Shown here piece after piece: positions 17,042-25,617 of a stretch of 27,886 bases of DNA. This DNA is from a virus (Duplodnaviria > Heunggongvirae > Uroviricota > Caudoviricetes), in the IMG/VR virus record IMGVR_UViG_3300038443_000233, positions 64,001 through 91,886 of that record, one strand, 5' to 3'. The notes beneath the pieces are model-generated. The model was given only the letters and a program-made list of their open reading frames with translations. It did not search any database and was not told the origin of the DNA. Position numbers and translations under genes: made by a program. Each line of letters opens with the position of its first letter. Position 1 is the first letter of the stretch.

Positions 17042-17416
17042 TTATTTGATTACGATGGCGCGTTGTTCGAACACGCCGAGGGTTACGACAGCACCGTCCG
17101 ATGCACGGCACAGGGCCGTTGGGCCGTTGATCTGCTGGACTTCGAACATGGCGAGATGACGGCTTTGGGCACCAACGAACGCGTAAGCGATGATATCACC
17201 GGCTTTGACTTCGTGGCCTTGAATGTCACGTAGCACGGGAGCACTCTTCGCCGGGACGACTTCAACCCAGTCGCTTTTCAGCTCTCCGATGATGCTGTGG
17301 CTGTAGTTCTTGTCGCCACGGTCGTCAATGACATGAGCACCGGAACCCGTGCCGATGGCTTCGTACACTTTGCCCTTCGTGATGTCGTGACCGTCTTTGG
17401 TGAATACGATAAACAT
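17042..17416 (-). CDS. Two-domain hypothetical protein (fusion of the 13611-13826-like and 11504-11761-like domains)
   Basis: 124 aa, AAAGGAG RBS; manual alignment to both small ORFs. Confidence 0.7.
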   Translation of the reverse strand: MFIVFTKDGHDITKGKVYEAIGTGSGAHVIDDRGDKNYSHSIIGELKSDWVEVVPAKSAPVLRDIQGHEVKAGDIIAYAFVGAQSRHLAMFEVQQINGPTALCRASDGAVVTLGVFEQRAIVIK

Positions 17417-17448
17417 CTGGTTCTCCTTTGGTTGGTAAGAAAGGCTAC

Positions 17449-17477
17449 ATAGTAGCCCTCCTTACGATTGGTGTCAA
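17449..17477 (-). promoter_or_regulatory. Sigma70-like promoter with -10 at the apex of a 14-bp inverted repeat
   Basis: TTGACA (17472-17477), 17 nt, TACTAT (17449-17454); stem spans 17435-17465. Confidence 0.8.
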
Positions 17478-17480
17478 GTG

Positions 17481-19220
17481 TTATTGGCAGGCAATGCACT
17501 CAGACTTCGAAGAAACAATCGCACGGCTTGAGTAGATGTAGTACAAGCTATGGATCAATTCGTTTTCGAACGCTTCCTTGTGCAGCAGAGCGATTTCACG
17601 CTCAGTCGTACCTTTCGCGATGTACACGTTGATGCTCTGACCTTGGTCGATGTGCTTCTGTGCAGCAGCAGCCAAACGCAGGACGACACGCTGATCGTAC
17701 TCGAATGCGGTACGGAACACAAGTTTCTCGAAATCATCTAGCCAGTCCACGTGTTGTACGGAACCGTAGCCATGCACCACGTCAGCAATGCACTTCTCCA
17801 CGTTCAGACCCTTACGCTTGATGAGGGCTAGCAACGGAGGATTAACACGGTCCACTTCACCCGCAGAGGTCTTCTGCGTGAACGACATTGCCGTATCGAG
17901 GCCACGGCCTTCCGAGATACCACCCATGATAAGGGCAGTGGATTTCGTAGGAGCCACAGCAATACGGTGCGTGAAGCGAAGACCGTAGCCAACACACCAC
18001 TCCGGTTCACCCAGTTCAACAGCCAGCCACCTCGATGCTTCCAACGATTTGTCGTCCAGATGCTTGAAGAACTCCGCGTTGAAGATGTACGCATCCACGG
18101 AGTCAGCAGGCATCATGTGCTCTTGCATGTACGTGTGCAGGCCACCACAACCCAAACCGATAGCACGTCCCGCTTTGGTAGCGTTGACAGCCTTCTCCAG
18201 CCCCGGAATCCCTTCAGCTTGCTCAATGAATTCCGAAATAACGCAATCGAGGAACACGGTAGCGACGAACACAGCATCCGTATCCTTCCACTCGTCGTAC
18301 TTCGAAGCATTCATCCACGCCAGAACACACGTGTACGTGTACTTCGTTGCATCGCTGTGCAGGAAGATTTCAGTACAGAGCTGCGAAGCCTTGACCATCA
18401 GGCCGAGGTCTTTGTACATCTGCGGACGGTTCCTGTTCACCTTATCGATGAAGAAGAAGTAGCCCTTGCCCGTTACCATCTTGACACGCATCATGCGTTT
18501 GAATCGACGGTGCGCTTCCTTGTCGCCCTTGTTCAGTTTGGCAATGAATTCGTCCGTGATGATCCAACCCATGTTGAAGTCGTCATCGTGCTTCTCAAGG
18601 TACGCGATCACTTCCCAGAAGTCGCCATGCATCACGTTCAGGTAAGCAGCCCACGCACCACGACGAGCTGTTCCTTGGGTCACGTTACGCATGATTTCGA
18701 TGTGCTCTTTAATGACAGGCATCACACCGTTCGCTTTGCCACCACGGCTGATCTTCGAGCCACGTGCACGGATACCAGACAGGTCCGTGGCAGTACCGAA
18801 ACCTTCTTGGCTCAGGATCGCGATTTCCAGCTCGTTACTGTAGAAGCCGTAGATCGAGTCGTGAGCTTCCGTGCCAGCACAAGACACTGTGCAGCCACGC
18901 TTCGTTCCCATGTTAGCCAGAACAGGCGTAGAGCAAGCCAGCCAGCCTTTCCACAGGATTTCGAAGAACTTGTCAGTCCAGTACGTGCTGAACGTCTCTG
19001 TCGGCATCAGGACGCGATCAACGTCTGACGGGGCCAGTTTCTTCGGTGCGTGCTTGGCAGCGGTAGCAGCAATACGGAGGTACTGTTGACGCGGGCTTTC
19101 CGCTTCGTACAGGTACTTATCCATGAACATCTGGTAGCCAGCGGTAGGCATCCACACCGGGACCGTACCGTCTAGCTGGCCCTGCTTACGCGCCTCACTG
19201 TAGCGCTCATACTTCGACAT
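17481..19220 (-). CDS. nrdA: Class I ribonucleotide reductase alpha subunit (no ATP-cone)
   Basis: Start ATG 19220, 579 aa. Motifs STPVLANMG, VSC, SQLCTEI, TCVL, APTKST, YYIYS and C-terminal CIAC. Confidence 0.95.
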   Translation of the reverse strand: MSKYERYSEARKQGQLDGTVPVWMPTAGYQMFMDKYLYEAESPRQQYLRIAATAAKHAPKKLAPSDVDRVLMPTETFSTYWTDKFFEILWKGWLACSTPVLANMGTKRGCTVSCAGTEAHDSIYGFYSNELEIAILSQEGFGTATDLSGIRARGSKISRGGKANGVMPVIKEHIEIMRNVTQGTARRGAWAAYLNVMHGDFWEVIAYLEKHDDDFNMGWIITDEFIAKLNKGDKEAHRRFKRMMRVKMVTGKGYFFFIDKVNRNRPQMYKDLGLMVKASQLCTEIFLHSDATKYTYTCVLAWMNASKYDEWKDTDAVFVATVFLDCVISEFIEQAEGIPGLEKAVNATKAGRAIGLGCGGLHTYMQEHMMPADSVDAYIFNAEFFKHLDDKSLEASRWLAVELGEPEWCVGYGLRFTHRIAVAPTKSTALIMGGISEGRGLDTAMSFTQKTSAGEVDRVNPPLLALIKRKGLNVEKCIADVVHGYGSVQHVDWLDDFEKLVFRTAFEYDQRVVLRLAAAAQKHIDQGQSINVYIAKGTTEREIALLHKEAFENELIHSLYYIYSSRAIVSSKSECIACQ

Positions 19221-20247
19221 CAGCAACTCCTTCGTCAACAGGCCAAATGAATTCTTCTTCGTTCCACGTGGTAGTGTACTCACGCCCCTTACCGACGAAG
19301 AAATCGTTCAGTTGGAACTTCTGCACGCCGCCGTAGAACCAGTCAGCGATTGGGTTGTGTTTCGTTTCACGCTTGCTGAAAATAGGCGGGAAGCCCAGAT
19401 CAGTTACGCAGATGTTGATACGGCTCTTTACGAACGTCTTGGCGTCCTCTACGGTCCAGCCAGTACCGACATCACCTTTTTCGCCCAGCATTTCAGCAAT
19501 GCGAGCTTCGTGTTCGTACAGCTTCAGTGCAGCCTTCTTGATGGCACGCTGGAGCTTCTTGTAAAGCTTCTTGTACTCTTCCGGCGACAGGATGTCTTCC
19601 CATTCCTGCATCGCAGTACGGAACAGTGTGGCCCCGCCAATCTGGTGCAGACCTTCATCCACGACGGATTGGTCGATGCCACGGACAACGTTGCCGATGA
19701 AATTGTTACCGTTCGCTTGGAAGCTCTTGAAGAACGCGAACGAGCTGAACAGAATTGCTCCTTCGAGGATCGAGAACACAGCGATAGATAGCAGATCGTT
19801 CTTACTGTCCACCATCTTGTCAAGGAACGCTACGCGAGCATTCAGGACAGGATCGTCCACGTACGAAGTATAGAACTCGTCGGTGTCGAGGCCCAGCACT
19901 TCGTTCAGTTTGTTGTAAAACGGTGCGTGGACGTGGAGTTCCATCATACCGTTGACAGATGCCAGTCGTTCCACTTCGGGCCGAGGGAAAGCCTTGATGA
20001 CGCGATTGAGCCAGTATTCCTTACCAGCGAACATCTCGTAACGGGTGAACAGCTTCAGGCCCGTCGTGATACCGTGATGGGCGTTGTCACCGACGTTCAC
20101 CATCATGTCTTGTTTGTCTTTCTCCACTGCAATCTCGTTTGCAGTCCATCGGCAATCTTCGAACTGGGTATCAGCCAGCTTGACGAATTGAGGATAGACC
20201 GTAACGTAACTTTCAGTGGGAGTCATAATTCTTGGTTTTTGCATCAT
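19207..20247 (-). CDS. nrdB: Class I ribonucleotide reductase beta subunit
   Basis: Start ATG 20247, 346 aa. Motifs WTANE, YEMFAGKEYW, ELHVHAPFY, LEGAILFSSF, DEGLH, FFVGKGREY. Confidence 0.95.
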   Translation of the reverse strand: MMQKPRIMTPTESYVTVYPQFVKLADTQFEDCRWTANEIAVEKDKQDMMVNVGDNAHHGITTGLKLFTRYEMFAGKEYWLNRVIKAFPRPEVERLASVNGMMELHVHAPFYNKLNEVLGLDTDEFYTSYVDDPVLNARVAFLDKMVDSKNDLLSIAVFSILEGAILFSSFAFFKSFQANGNNFIGNVVRGIDQSVVDEGLHQIGGATLFRTAMQEWEDILSPEEYKKLYKKLQRAIKKAALKLYEHEARIAEMLGEKGDVGTGWTVEDAKTFVKSRINICVTDLGFPPIFSKRETKHNPIADWFYGGVQKFQLNDFFVGKGREYTTTWNEEEFIWPVDEGVADVEV

Positions 20248-20262
20248 ACTCCCTTCTATGTG

Positions 20263-20284
20263 AAAAACGGGGCCGAAGCCCCGT
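20263..20284 (-). terminator. Terminator-like cUUCGg hairpin in the nrdB leader
   Basis: ACGGGGC-TTCG-GCCCCGT followed by TTTTC. Confidence 0.7.
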
Positions 20285-20296
20285 GGTTGGACGCCT

Positions 20297-20325
20297 ATTA
20301 TAGCATAGGTAGCCTTACTTATCAA
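20297..20325 (-). promoter_or_regulatory. Sigma70-like promoter with extended -10 for nrdBA
   Basis: TTGATA (20320-20325), 17 nt, TGcTATAAT (-10 at 20297-20302). Confidence 0.75.
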
Positions 20326-20869
20326 CCTTGACGGAACGCTTCCTGCGTTCCTTCTTGACCGGCTCAGGCGGCGGAGCATGGTATTCGAAGATGGTTTTCA
20401 GGCTGCCATCCTCACGTCGCATGTTCGGCCTCACTTGATCGATGAGGTTTTGTAGCACTTCGATCTGTTCCATGATAGCAGCTTCGTCCGGGTTGCTCAA
20501 CTCTGCCGGGAACGCTTCTGCAACACCGCTGTATTCGCGGCTGGTAGACAACGAACGTGACATTTCATTGGCAAGGCTGATGTCCTTGTAACCGGCAGCG
20601 ATGATACGGTCCTCTGCTGTTGCGAACGAACTGTTAAGGAAGTTGGAATTGATGTCCACTTCGCCAGCAATCATGTACGCGATAACAACTTCACCAGCGA
20701 GGTTGCGATGCTGTCGTGCCAGATATTCAATCGGGTAATCCAGATCGAAGCCCAGCACTTTCAGGTAAGGAGCGATCAGAGCGTCATTCGTCGGATCGAT
20801 GAAATCGATCATGCGCAAATGTGACAGCTCCGGGATGCGCTTCAGGTCGGTGACGCTAATCGTTTTCAT
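20315..20869 (-). CDS. Conserved-looking hypothetical phage protein
   Basis: 184 aa, AAGGAG RBS, basic C-terminal tail. Confidence 0.7.
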   Translation of the reverse strand: MKTISVTDLKRIPELSHLRMIDFIDPTNDALIAPYLKVLGFDLDYPIEYLARQHRNLAGEVVIAYMIAGEVDINSNFLNSSFATAEDRIIAAGYKDISLANEMSRSLSTSREYSGVAEAFPAELSNPDEAAIMEQIEVLQNLIDQVRPNMRREDGSLKTIFEYHAPPPEPVKKERRKRSVKVDK

Positions 20870-20872
20870 GAA

Positions 20873-21322
20873 TCACTCCTTCGGTACGAGGTCCGACAGA
20901 TCGACAGCCACGAAGTTATCCGGCTTGCGAACCTTGCCATTTTCATCCTTCAACACGATACGCTGGTACTTCTCGTTCAGCGTGACGGTGAAGCCGTTCT
21001 TGTTGCTCAGCAGTTCACCGACCTTCGGGAACTTCGACAGGTTGTTGGCGTTGACCCGGCCCAGTGCGTGAGCGACGTTGTAGCCCGCTGCTTCCAACTT
21101 TTGCAGGAGGCCAGCCACGGTGACGAACAGGTCGCATGCACCGTCCAGTAGTTCCACCCTGTTCCCGGCTTCCAGTGCATCAATTGTCTCGGTCAGCTCT
21201 TCGAAAATGAATCCGAGTTGGTTGTCGATGCTATCGATAGTGACGTTGGTAAGGTTGCCAGCGATTTCGTTGAATTGAACAACTTCGTCGTAGGCAACAC
21301 GCATTACTTTGGTCGTTTCCAT
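20873..21322 (-). CDS. MazG-like / PRA-PH-family nucleoside triphosphate pyrophosphohydrolase
   Basis: FIFEELTET...ELLDGACDL acidic helices, NNLSK, NGKVRKP. Confidence 0.82.
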   Translation of the reverse strand: METTKVMRVAYDEVVQFNEIAGNLTNVTIDSIDNQLGFIFEELTETIDALEAGNRVELLDGACDLFVTVAGLLQKLEAAGYNVAHALGRVNANNLSKFPKVGELLSNKNGFTVTLNEKYQRIVLKDENGKVRKPDNFVAVDLSDLVPKE

Positions 21323-21332
21323 ATTTCTCTCC

Positions 21333-21611
21333 TTAATGCAGTTGCAATTTTTGTTGAATCAGCCACGCCTTCAGGGCTGGCAGTTGTTTGTACTCGTACG
21401 CTACACCGTAGTCGTAGTCCGTCCACTTCCCTTCCGTATCGAGCAGACTGAAGCCTTTCGTATCGAACGCACCCGATACTCCGTCCAGTTGTTGATCGAA
21501 CATCGGCTCAAAGAACGGGGAACGCTCCATCAGAAGCGTCCCGTTGGAAAGGAGCACTAGGACCAGTCCGGTGTTGCCGATAGGCACTTCCAGAAAGGTC
21601 AGCGTGGTCAT
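21333..21611 (-). CDS. Hypothetical protein
   Basis: 92 aa; ATGA-coupled. Confidence 0.65.
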   Translation of the reverse strand: MTTLTFLEVPIGNTGLVLVLLSNGTLLMERSPFFEPMFDQQLDGVSGAFDTKGFSLLDTEGKWTDYDYGVAYEYKQLPALKAWLIQQKLQLH

Positions 21612-21835
21612 TTCAGCCAGCCCAGTTCGATTGCTTTGTTCAAGGCTTTGATGAGGTTTTCAGCGTGCTCCTTGTTCCGGATAACCAGCTCGCGGTCGGA
21701 GTCCGTCTCGACCAGCGTAGTTTGACGTGCTCCGCCGCCACGGATAACATCCGGGCAGTAATCGTACGAGTCTTTGTCAGCAAAGCGGATTTCGCTAACG
21801 TTTTCCAGCTCACCGCGTACATCGATAGTGCTCAT
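21608..21835 (-). CDS. Hypothetical protein
   Basis: 75 aa, strong AAGGAG RBS. Confidence 0.7.
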   Translation of the reverse strand: MSTIDVRGELENVSEIRFADKDSYDYCPDVIRGGGARQTTLVETDSDRELVIRNKEHAENLIKALNKAIELGWLK

Positions 21836-21876
21836 AATTTTCTCCTTGGTTAGTTGGTAGTGCTTCTTACGAAGCC

Positions 21877-22716
21877 TTACAGTTTCATCGCCTCTAAAAC
21901 AGGCACACCTTCAATAATCACCGCAGTGCCGATGATGGGACGGTGCGGGAAAATCTTGTTGTAGCTGAATGCCAGCTTCTTGTCATCGATCAGGCAACCA
22001 GCGTTCATACCGAAGTACAGACCTTTCGGATTCGCCCAGTATTCAATACCGAACGATTCGTGGTAGTGTCCGCACACGTGGCTCATGCTCATAGCCTTAC
22101 TCGTCATAATAGCACGTTTTGTCTTCCCGTGGTGAACATAAACGTCAGGAACGTTCCATTCGCTCATATCCAACGTTAGATCGTTGTGCCATTTCCACCC
22201 GCTACCCACTTCGAGGATTTCGTTGTAGGTACGCATGTAACGCTTCGAAAAGCCATGCGTCTTAGCTTTACGAAGATGCATCGATCCGTGGTTCGACTCC
22301 ACCAAATCCATTACCGGGAACATCGTTTCAAGCCGTTTGATGTACGGAAGCGAACGCTCCAGTTCATCACCAGCACTCGGAAGGTCAGGGTCCGAATCGT
22401 GGTAACTCATCGCATGCTTATCCAGCTCGTCTCCGAGATTGACAACACGCGTAGGGTCATACTTCTTCTTGAGCATTTCCAGAAATTCGAACATACCCTC
22501 GTGATGATACGGGATGTGCTGGTCCGAGATAAACAGGATACGGCTGTTGTCGTAGCCATCGTTACCTGCTGCGATCTTCTTCTGGGCATGATAGCCACGT
22601 AGGAAGTCGCTAACGGTGCTCTTCGGCTTCTTCAGCATCTCAGCAATCTCTCGCCAGCTCGACCCGGCCTCATCCAGCTTAACCGCTAGGACGGTCCAGT
22701 CAATTGTGTTGCTCAT
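21877..22716 (-). CDS. Calcineurin-like metallophosphoesterase with N-terminal HTH
   Basis: SDQH, GDELD, SNHG, HHG and GHYH metal motifs; SWREIAEMLKKPKSTVSDFLR helix-turn-helix. Confidence 0.88.
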   Translation of the reverse strand: MSNTIDWTVLAVKLDEAGSSWREIAEMLKKPKSTVSDFLRGYHAQKKIAAGNDGYDNSRILFISDQHIPYHHEGMFEFLEMLKKKYDPTRVVNLGDELDKHAMSYHDSDPDLPSAGDELERSLPYIKRLETMFPVMDLVESNHGSMHLRKAKTHGFSKRYMRTYNEILEVGSGWKWHNDLTLDMSEWNVPDVYVHHGKTKRAIMTSKAMSMSHVCGHYHESFGIEYWANPKGLYFGMNAGCLIDDKKLAFSYNKIFPHRPIIGTAVIIEGVPVLEAMKL

Positions 22717-23251
22717 GTTGCTCCTTCAAAATTTTGGTGACAAGCTCCTTACGCTTGGTAGCGTTACTTACAGAAGCTCCAGTGTATCCGTGCTGCATTA
22801 AGAATGCAAGGACTTGTTTCACAGGTTGTCGGGTAATTTCCAACACCCGTTTCGCGAACCTCGCCTCTTCGAACGTCAGCCCTTCACTCTGGGCATACGT
22901 GTGGACGCTATGGCATGGTTTGCACACAGCTCGTAGGTTATCCGTTTCACAGTAGAGCCGTCCAACGAACGGACCGATATCTTCCACGGACAGGATCGAA
23001 CCTGCATCGTGTGGGTGATGGTCCACTTCCATCTCTTTCAGTACGAACCACTGCTTACAAATCGCACACTGGTACTCCCACTTCTGCTGCTTCTTCGGTC
23101 CCTTGTAAGGGCGACGTGCCGCAGCAAGACAGTCGTTGCGAGGTTGCCAACGTAACCACTTGGAACGAAGTGCAGAGCGAATCCACGAAAGGTATTGACT
23201 CTCCGTCATCGTTCCGCCGCAGCGGGTCTTCGGGGCATCCTTCTTAGCCAT
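22700..23251 (-). CDS. HNH endonuclease
   Basis: CAIC...EVDH...NLRAVCKPCHSVH (Zn-binding HNH). Confidence 0.85.
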   Translation of the reverse strand: MAKKDAPKTRCGGTMTESQYLSWIRSALRSKWLRWQPRNDCLAAARRPYKGPKKQQKWEYQCAICKQWFVLKEMEVDHHPHDAGSILSVEDIGPFVGRLYCETDNLRAVCKPCHSVHTYAQSEGLTFEEARFAKRVLEITRQPVKQVLAFLMQHGYTGASVSNATKRKELVTKILKEQHEQHN

Positions 23252-23438
23252 CCGACTCCCCTACGACGTAGTAGATGCCAGCGAACCTCAACCACCGCCG
23301 ACCAAGCAGCGAACGAGGCACATTCGCCAGATTCTTTGGATCAGCCTTGCACACGTACGTGTACGTAGCCTTCACAGCGGGCAGGCGGAGGAACGCTTCA
23401 AACTGTTCCTTCGTCAGTTCCAGAATGTCATCCTTCAT
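23244..23438 (-). CDS. Hypothetical protein
   Basis: 64 aa; overlaps both neighbours in operon fashion. Confidence 0.6.
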   Translation of the reverse strand: MKDDILELTKEQFEAFLRLPAVKATYTYVCKADPKNLANVPRSLLGRRWLRFAGIYYVVGESDG

Positions 23439-24417
23439 ATTCGATCCCCGCTTTCTTCAACACCTTGCGCACATCGAACCTATCGCCTTCCCAGCGGCGC
23501 ATGAACGCACAATCAGCATACAACTGGAAGATGTCCACCCACGACTTGTTCTCCTGTAGTGAACCGTCCCATGCCCTGTAAGTAACCTTACTAGGATACC
23601 AAATCTGGTACTGCTTGGCAACGGCTTCCAGAGCCTCCTTATCGGTCTTACAGCCCTTCAATACGTTGTACGCACCAATGTCACCGAACTTCGCTTTCGC
23701 AAGCTCACAGGGCTTGTACGCGTCTACCGGATCACCGAACAGCATTTGGAAGTACAACCACACACGACCTTTGCCTTTGATGTCACGAGTAAGTATCGGC
23801 TTGCCAGCGGCCGTCTTACGTGCCGTCTCTTTGACAATCTCGATCAGTTCTCCGAAACCGTTGATGTGCTCTGGCTCCGTCATGTTGTCCCAATTGTACA
23901 ACCAACCGGGTCCGTGGTTGGCATCCTTGTCAATCGAGGCTTGCGTGTGTCCAGCGGTCATGTACGCAACGAGCACATCATCCGCTTCCACGCCGTCACT
24001 GATTTCAGCAGCATGCGAGTTGATGAGGTAGTTCTTGCAATCCTGAAGCTGCAACGGCTTCGTACTGTCCTTGCGTGAATCCTTGTAACGTGTCGGCAAC
24101 GGAAGGTCGAGACGGAAATTGTTATCCCCGCTAACGACGATGTGATAGCTCTCTGCCTTGCACGATTTCACGATGTTATCGATCATGTGATTTAGGATGT
24201 GGAAGGCGTTCTGCAACGGTCCTGCCTTTTGTCCCGGCGTGACATCGTACGCTCCGGCTTCATCGCCAGCCCATTCCCTGAACTTAGTCAGGGTGTCGAA
24301 CTCTACCTCGTCCGCTGTCTCCTTGTGGATGCATTTTACGAAGCGCTTTTCGTTCGCTGCTGATGCCCGATAGGCAAGGATATCTCCGTCGATGCACACG
24401 AGTTTAGGTAGCTCCAT
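23428..24417 (-). CDS. 5'-3' exonuclease (FEN/T7 gp6-like)
   Basis: Real start ATG 24417. Motifs IDGDILAY, SGDNNFR, YKDSR, EADD, SIDKD, GDPVD. Confidence 0.9.
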   Translation of the reverse strand: MELPKLVCIDGDILAYRASAANEKRFVKCIHKETADEVEFDTLTKFREWAGDEAGAYDVTPGQKAGPLQNAFHILNHMIDNIVKSCKAESYHIVVSGDNNFRLDLPLPTRYKDSRKDSTKPLQLQDCKNYLINSHAAEISDGVEADDVLVAYMTAGHTQASIDKDANHGPGWLYNWDNMTEPEHINGFGELIEIVKETARKTAAGKPILTRDIKGKGRVWLYFQMLFGDPVDAYKPCELAKAKFGDIGAYNVLKGCKTDKEALEAVAKQYQIWYPSKVTYRAWDGSLQENKSWVDIFQLYADCAFMRRWEGDRFDVRKVLKKAGIEYEG

Positions 24418-24572
24418 TATGTCCCTCCAAATGTACGGTAGGCCCAGAAGACAAACCCTACTGCGCTGATAGCACCAATCAGTATTGCGGACAGTGCTAC
24501 ACTCCATACCAACGCGTCCCGCATATCGACTGGCTCGTTCCACCAATCTAACGCCGCTCTAATTTTGCCCAT
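24417..24572 (-). CDS. Small single-TM membrane protein (not in ORF track)
   Basis: MGKIRAALDWWNEPVDMRDALVWSVALSAILIGAISAVGFVFWAYRTFGGT, 51 aa, GGAGG RBS, TAATG coupling to the exonuclease. Confidence 0.7.
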   Translation of the reverse strand: MGKIRAALDWWNEPVDMRDALVWSVALSAILIGAISAVGFVFWAYRTFGGT

Positions 24573-24586
24573 TATTCCTCCCAACG

Positions 24587-24617
24587 AAAAAGCCCGCTAC
24601 CCTTTCGAGTAGCGGGC
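24587..24617 (-). terminator. Rho-independent terminator after the SSB-like gene
   Basis: GCCCGCTACTC-GAAA-GGGTAGCGGGC followed by TTTTT. Confidence 0.88.
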
Positions 24618-24639
24618 GTGTTAGCTAACGTTCCTTACA

Positions 24640-25617
24640 TTAGAAGGGGATGTCGTCGTCCATGTCCGAGAAATCCTGTGCGACAGGTTTCTTCGGTTTG
24701 GCAGGCTTTGCAGCGGGTTTCGCTGCTGGCTTCTCTGCCGGGGTATCGTCACCATCATCGTTCGATGCAGTGCCAGTCTCGGCCTCGTAGGCTTCGATAG
24801 CTTTCTGCATGTTCGAACCGGCGTAGTTGTTTGCCAGTTTGATTTTCTTGATGAGGTCGCGACGAATCCACTTGATGACATCTTTCGTAGCGTTGTCGAA
24901 CGTGATGCACAGAGCCGGGTTCTTCAGCGGACGAACCGTAGGCAGTGCTTCAATCGGATTGCCGTCGTCATCCACTTCGCCCGTATCAACCGGGGCCAGC
25001 GGAGACAGACCCTTTGTGTTCACGTTCTTGTAGACGATATCGTTGCCGTCCTTGTCCTTCTTGCCACTGTTCGTTTCCTTAACTTCCAGCGTGATGTTCA
25101 GGGCTTGATCCAGCAGTTGTTCGATGTCAGTGTTGTCACCGACGCCAAGCTCGTTCAGGCCGGTAGCCTTCGCCAGCTTCGTGAGCATGTTCTGCGGGTG
25201 GAACGTCCACGGCTTACCTTCCAGTAGTTTACCGTTGGCGTCCTTCGGAGGAACTTGACCGAAGTTGATACCTTCGATTTCTCCCTTGAAGCCCTTGTTC
25301 AGCATATGACGGTAAGGTTGCTTGCCAATGTCACCACCGTAGTCCACGATGTTCGACACGAGGTCAACGAAGACAGCCACTTGGTCAGCGGGTTTCTGCG
25401 TCTTGGTTTCTGCACCGTCCGTACCTTCCGGAACCAGCTTACCGTTCAGTTCGTAGATGTCCTTACGGTTTTGCTCACCCAGATCAACGATCAGCGACAC
25501 ACGAGCGGGACGAACTTGCGTTACGCCTTTCTCGCTACCGTTGAACGGAGTAGGGAAGTTACGCGGAGTGAAATCGCCACCGTTGCCGCCACCGCTTTTC
25601 TTTGGTTTGAATGCCAT
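24640..25617 (-). CDS. Probable single-stranded DNA-binding protein
   Basis: 325 aa within the replication cluster; P/A/K linker and an acidic tail ending DMDDDIPF like the bacterial SSB C-terminus. Confidence 0.65.
   Translation of the reverse strand: MAFKPKKSGGGNGGDFTPRNFPTPFNGSEKGVTQVRPARVSLIVDLGEQNRKDIYELNGKLVPEGTDGAETKTQKPADQVAVFVDLVSNIVDYGGDIGKQPYRHMLNKGFKGEIEGINFGQVPPKDANGKLLEGKPWTFHPQNMLTKLAKATGLNELGVGDNTDIEQLLDQALNITLEVKETNSGKKDKDGNDIVYKNVNTKGLSPLAPVDTGEVDDDGNPIEALPTVRPLKNPALCITFDNATKDVIKWIRRDLIKKIKLANNYAGSNMQKAIEAYEAETGTASNDDGDDTPAEKPAAKPAAKPAKPKKPVAQDFSDMDDDIPF

Noticed and set aside
8739-21875. CRISPR-like array from the repeated AGCACTAC motif
   Set aside because: Copies are short, dispersed at gene junctions and irregularly spaced; no cas genes.
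17481-23251. Intron or intein in nrdA/nrdB, or the HNH gene as an intron-encoded homing endonuclease
   Set aside because: Both RNR genes are uninterrupted and compact; the HNH gene is free-standing and coupled to its neighbours.
2350-23940. Other TTGACA hexamers inside coding regions (near 2358, 5370, 16979, 19815, 22439, 23930)
   Set aside because: No acceptable -10 box at 16-18 nt spacing.
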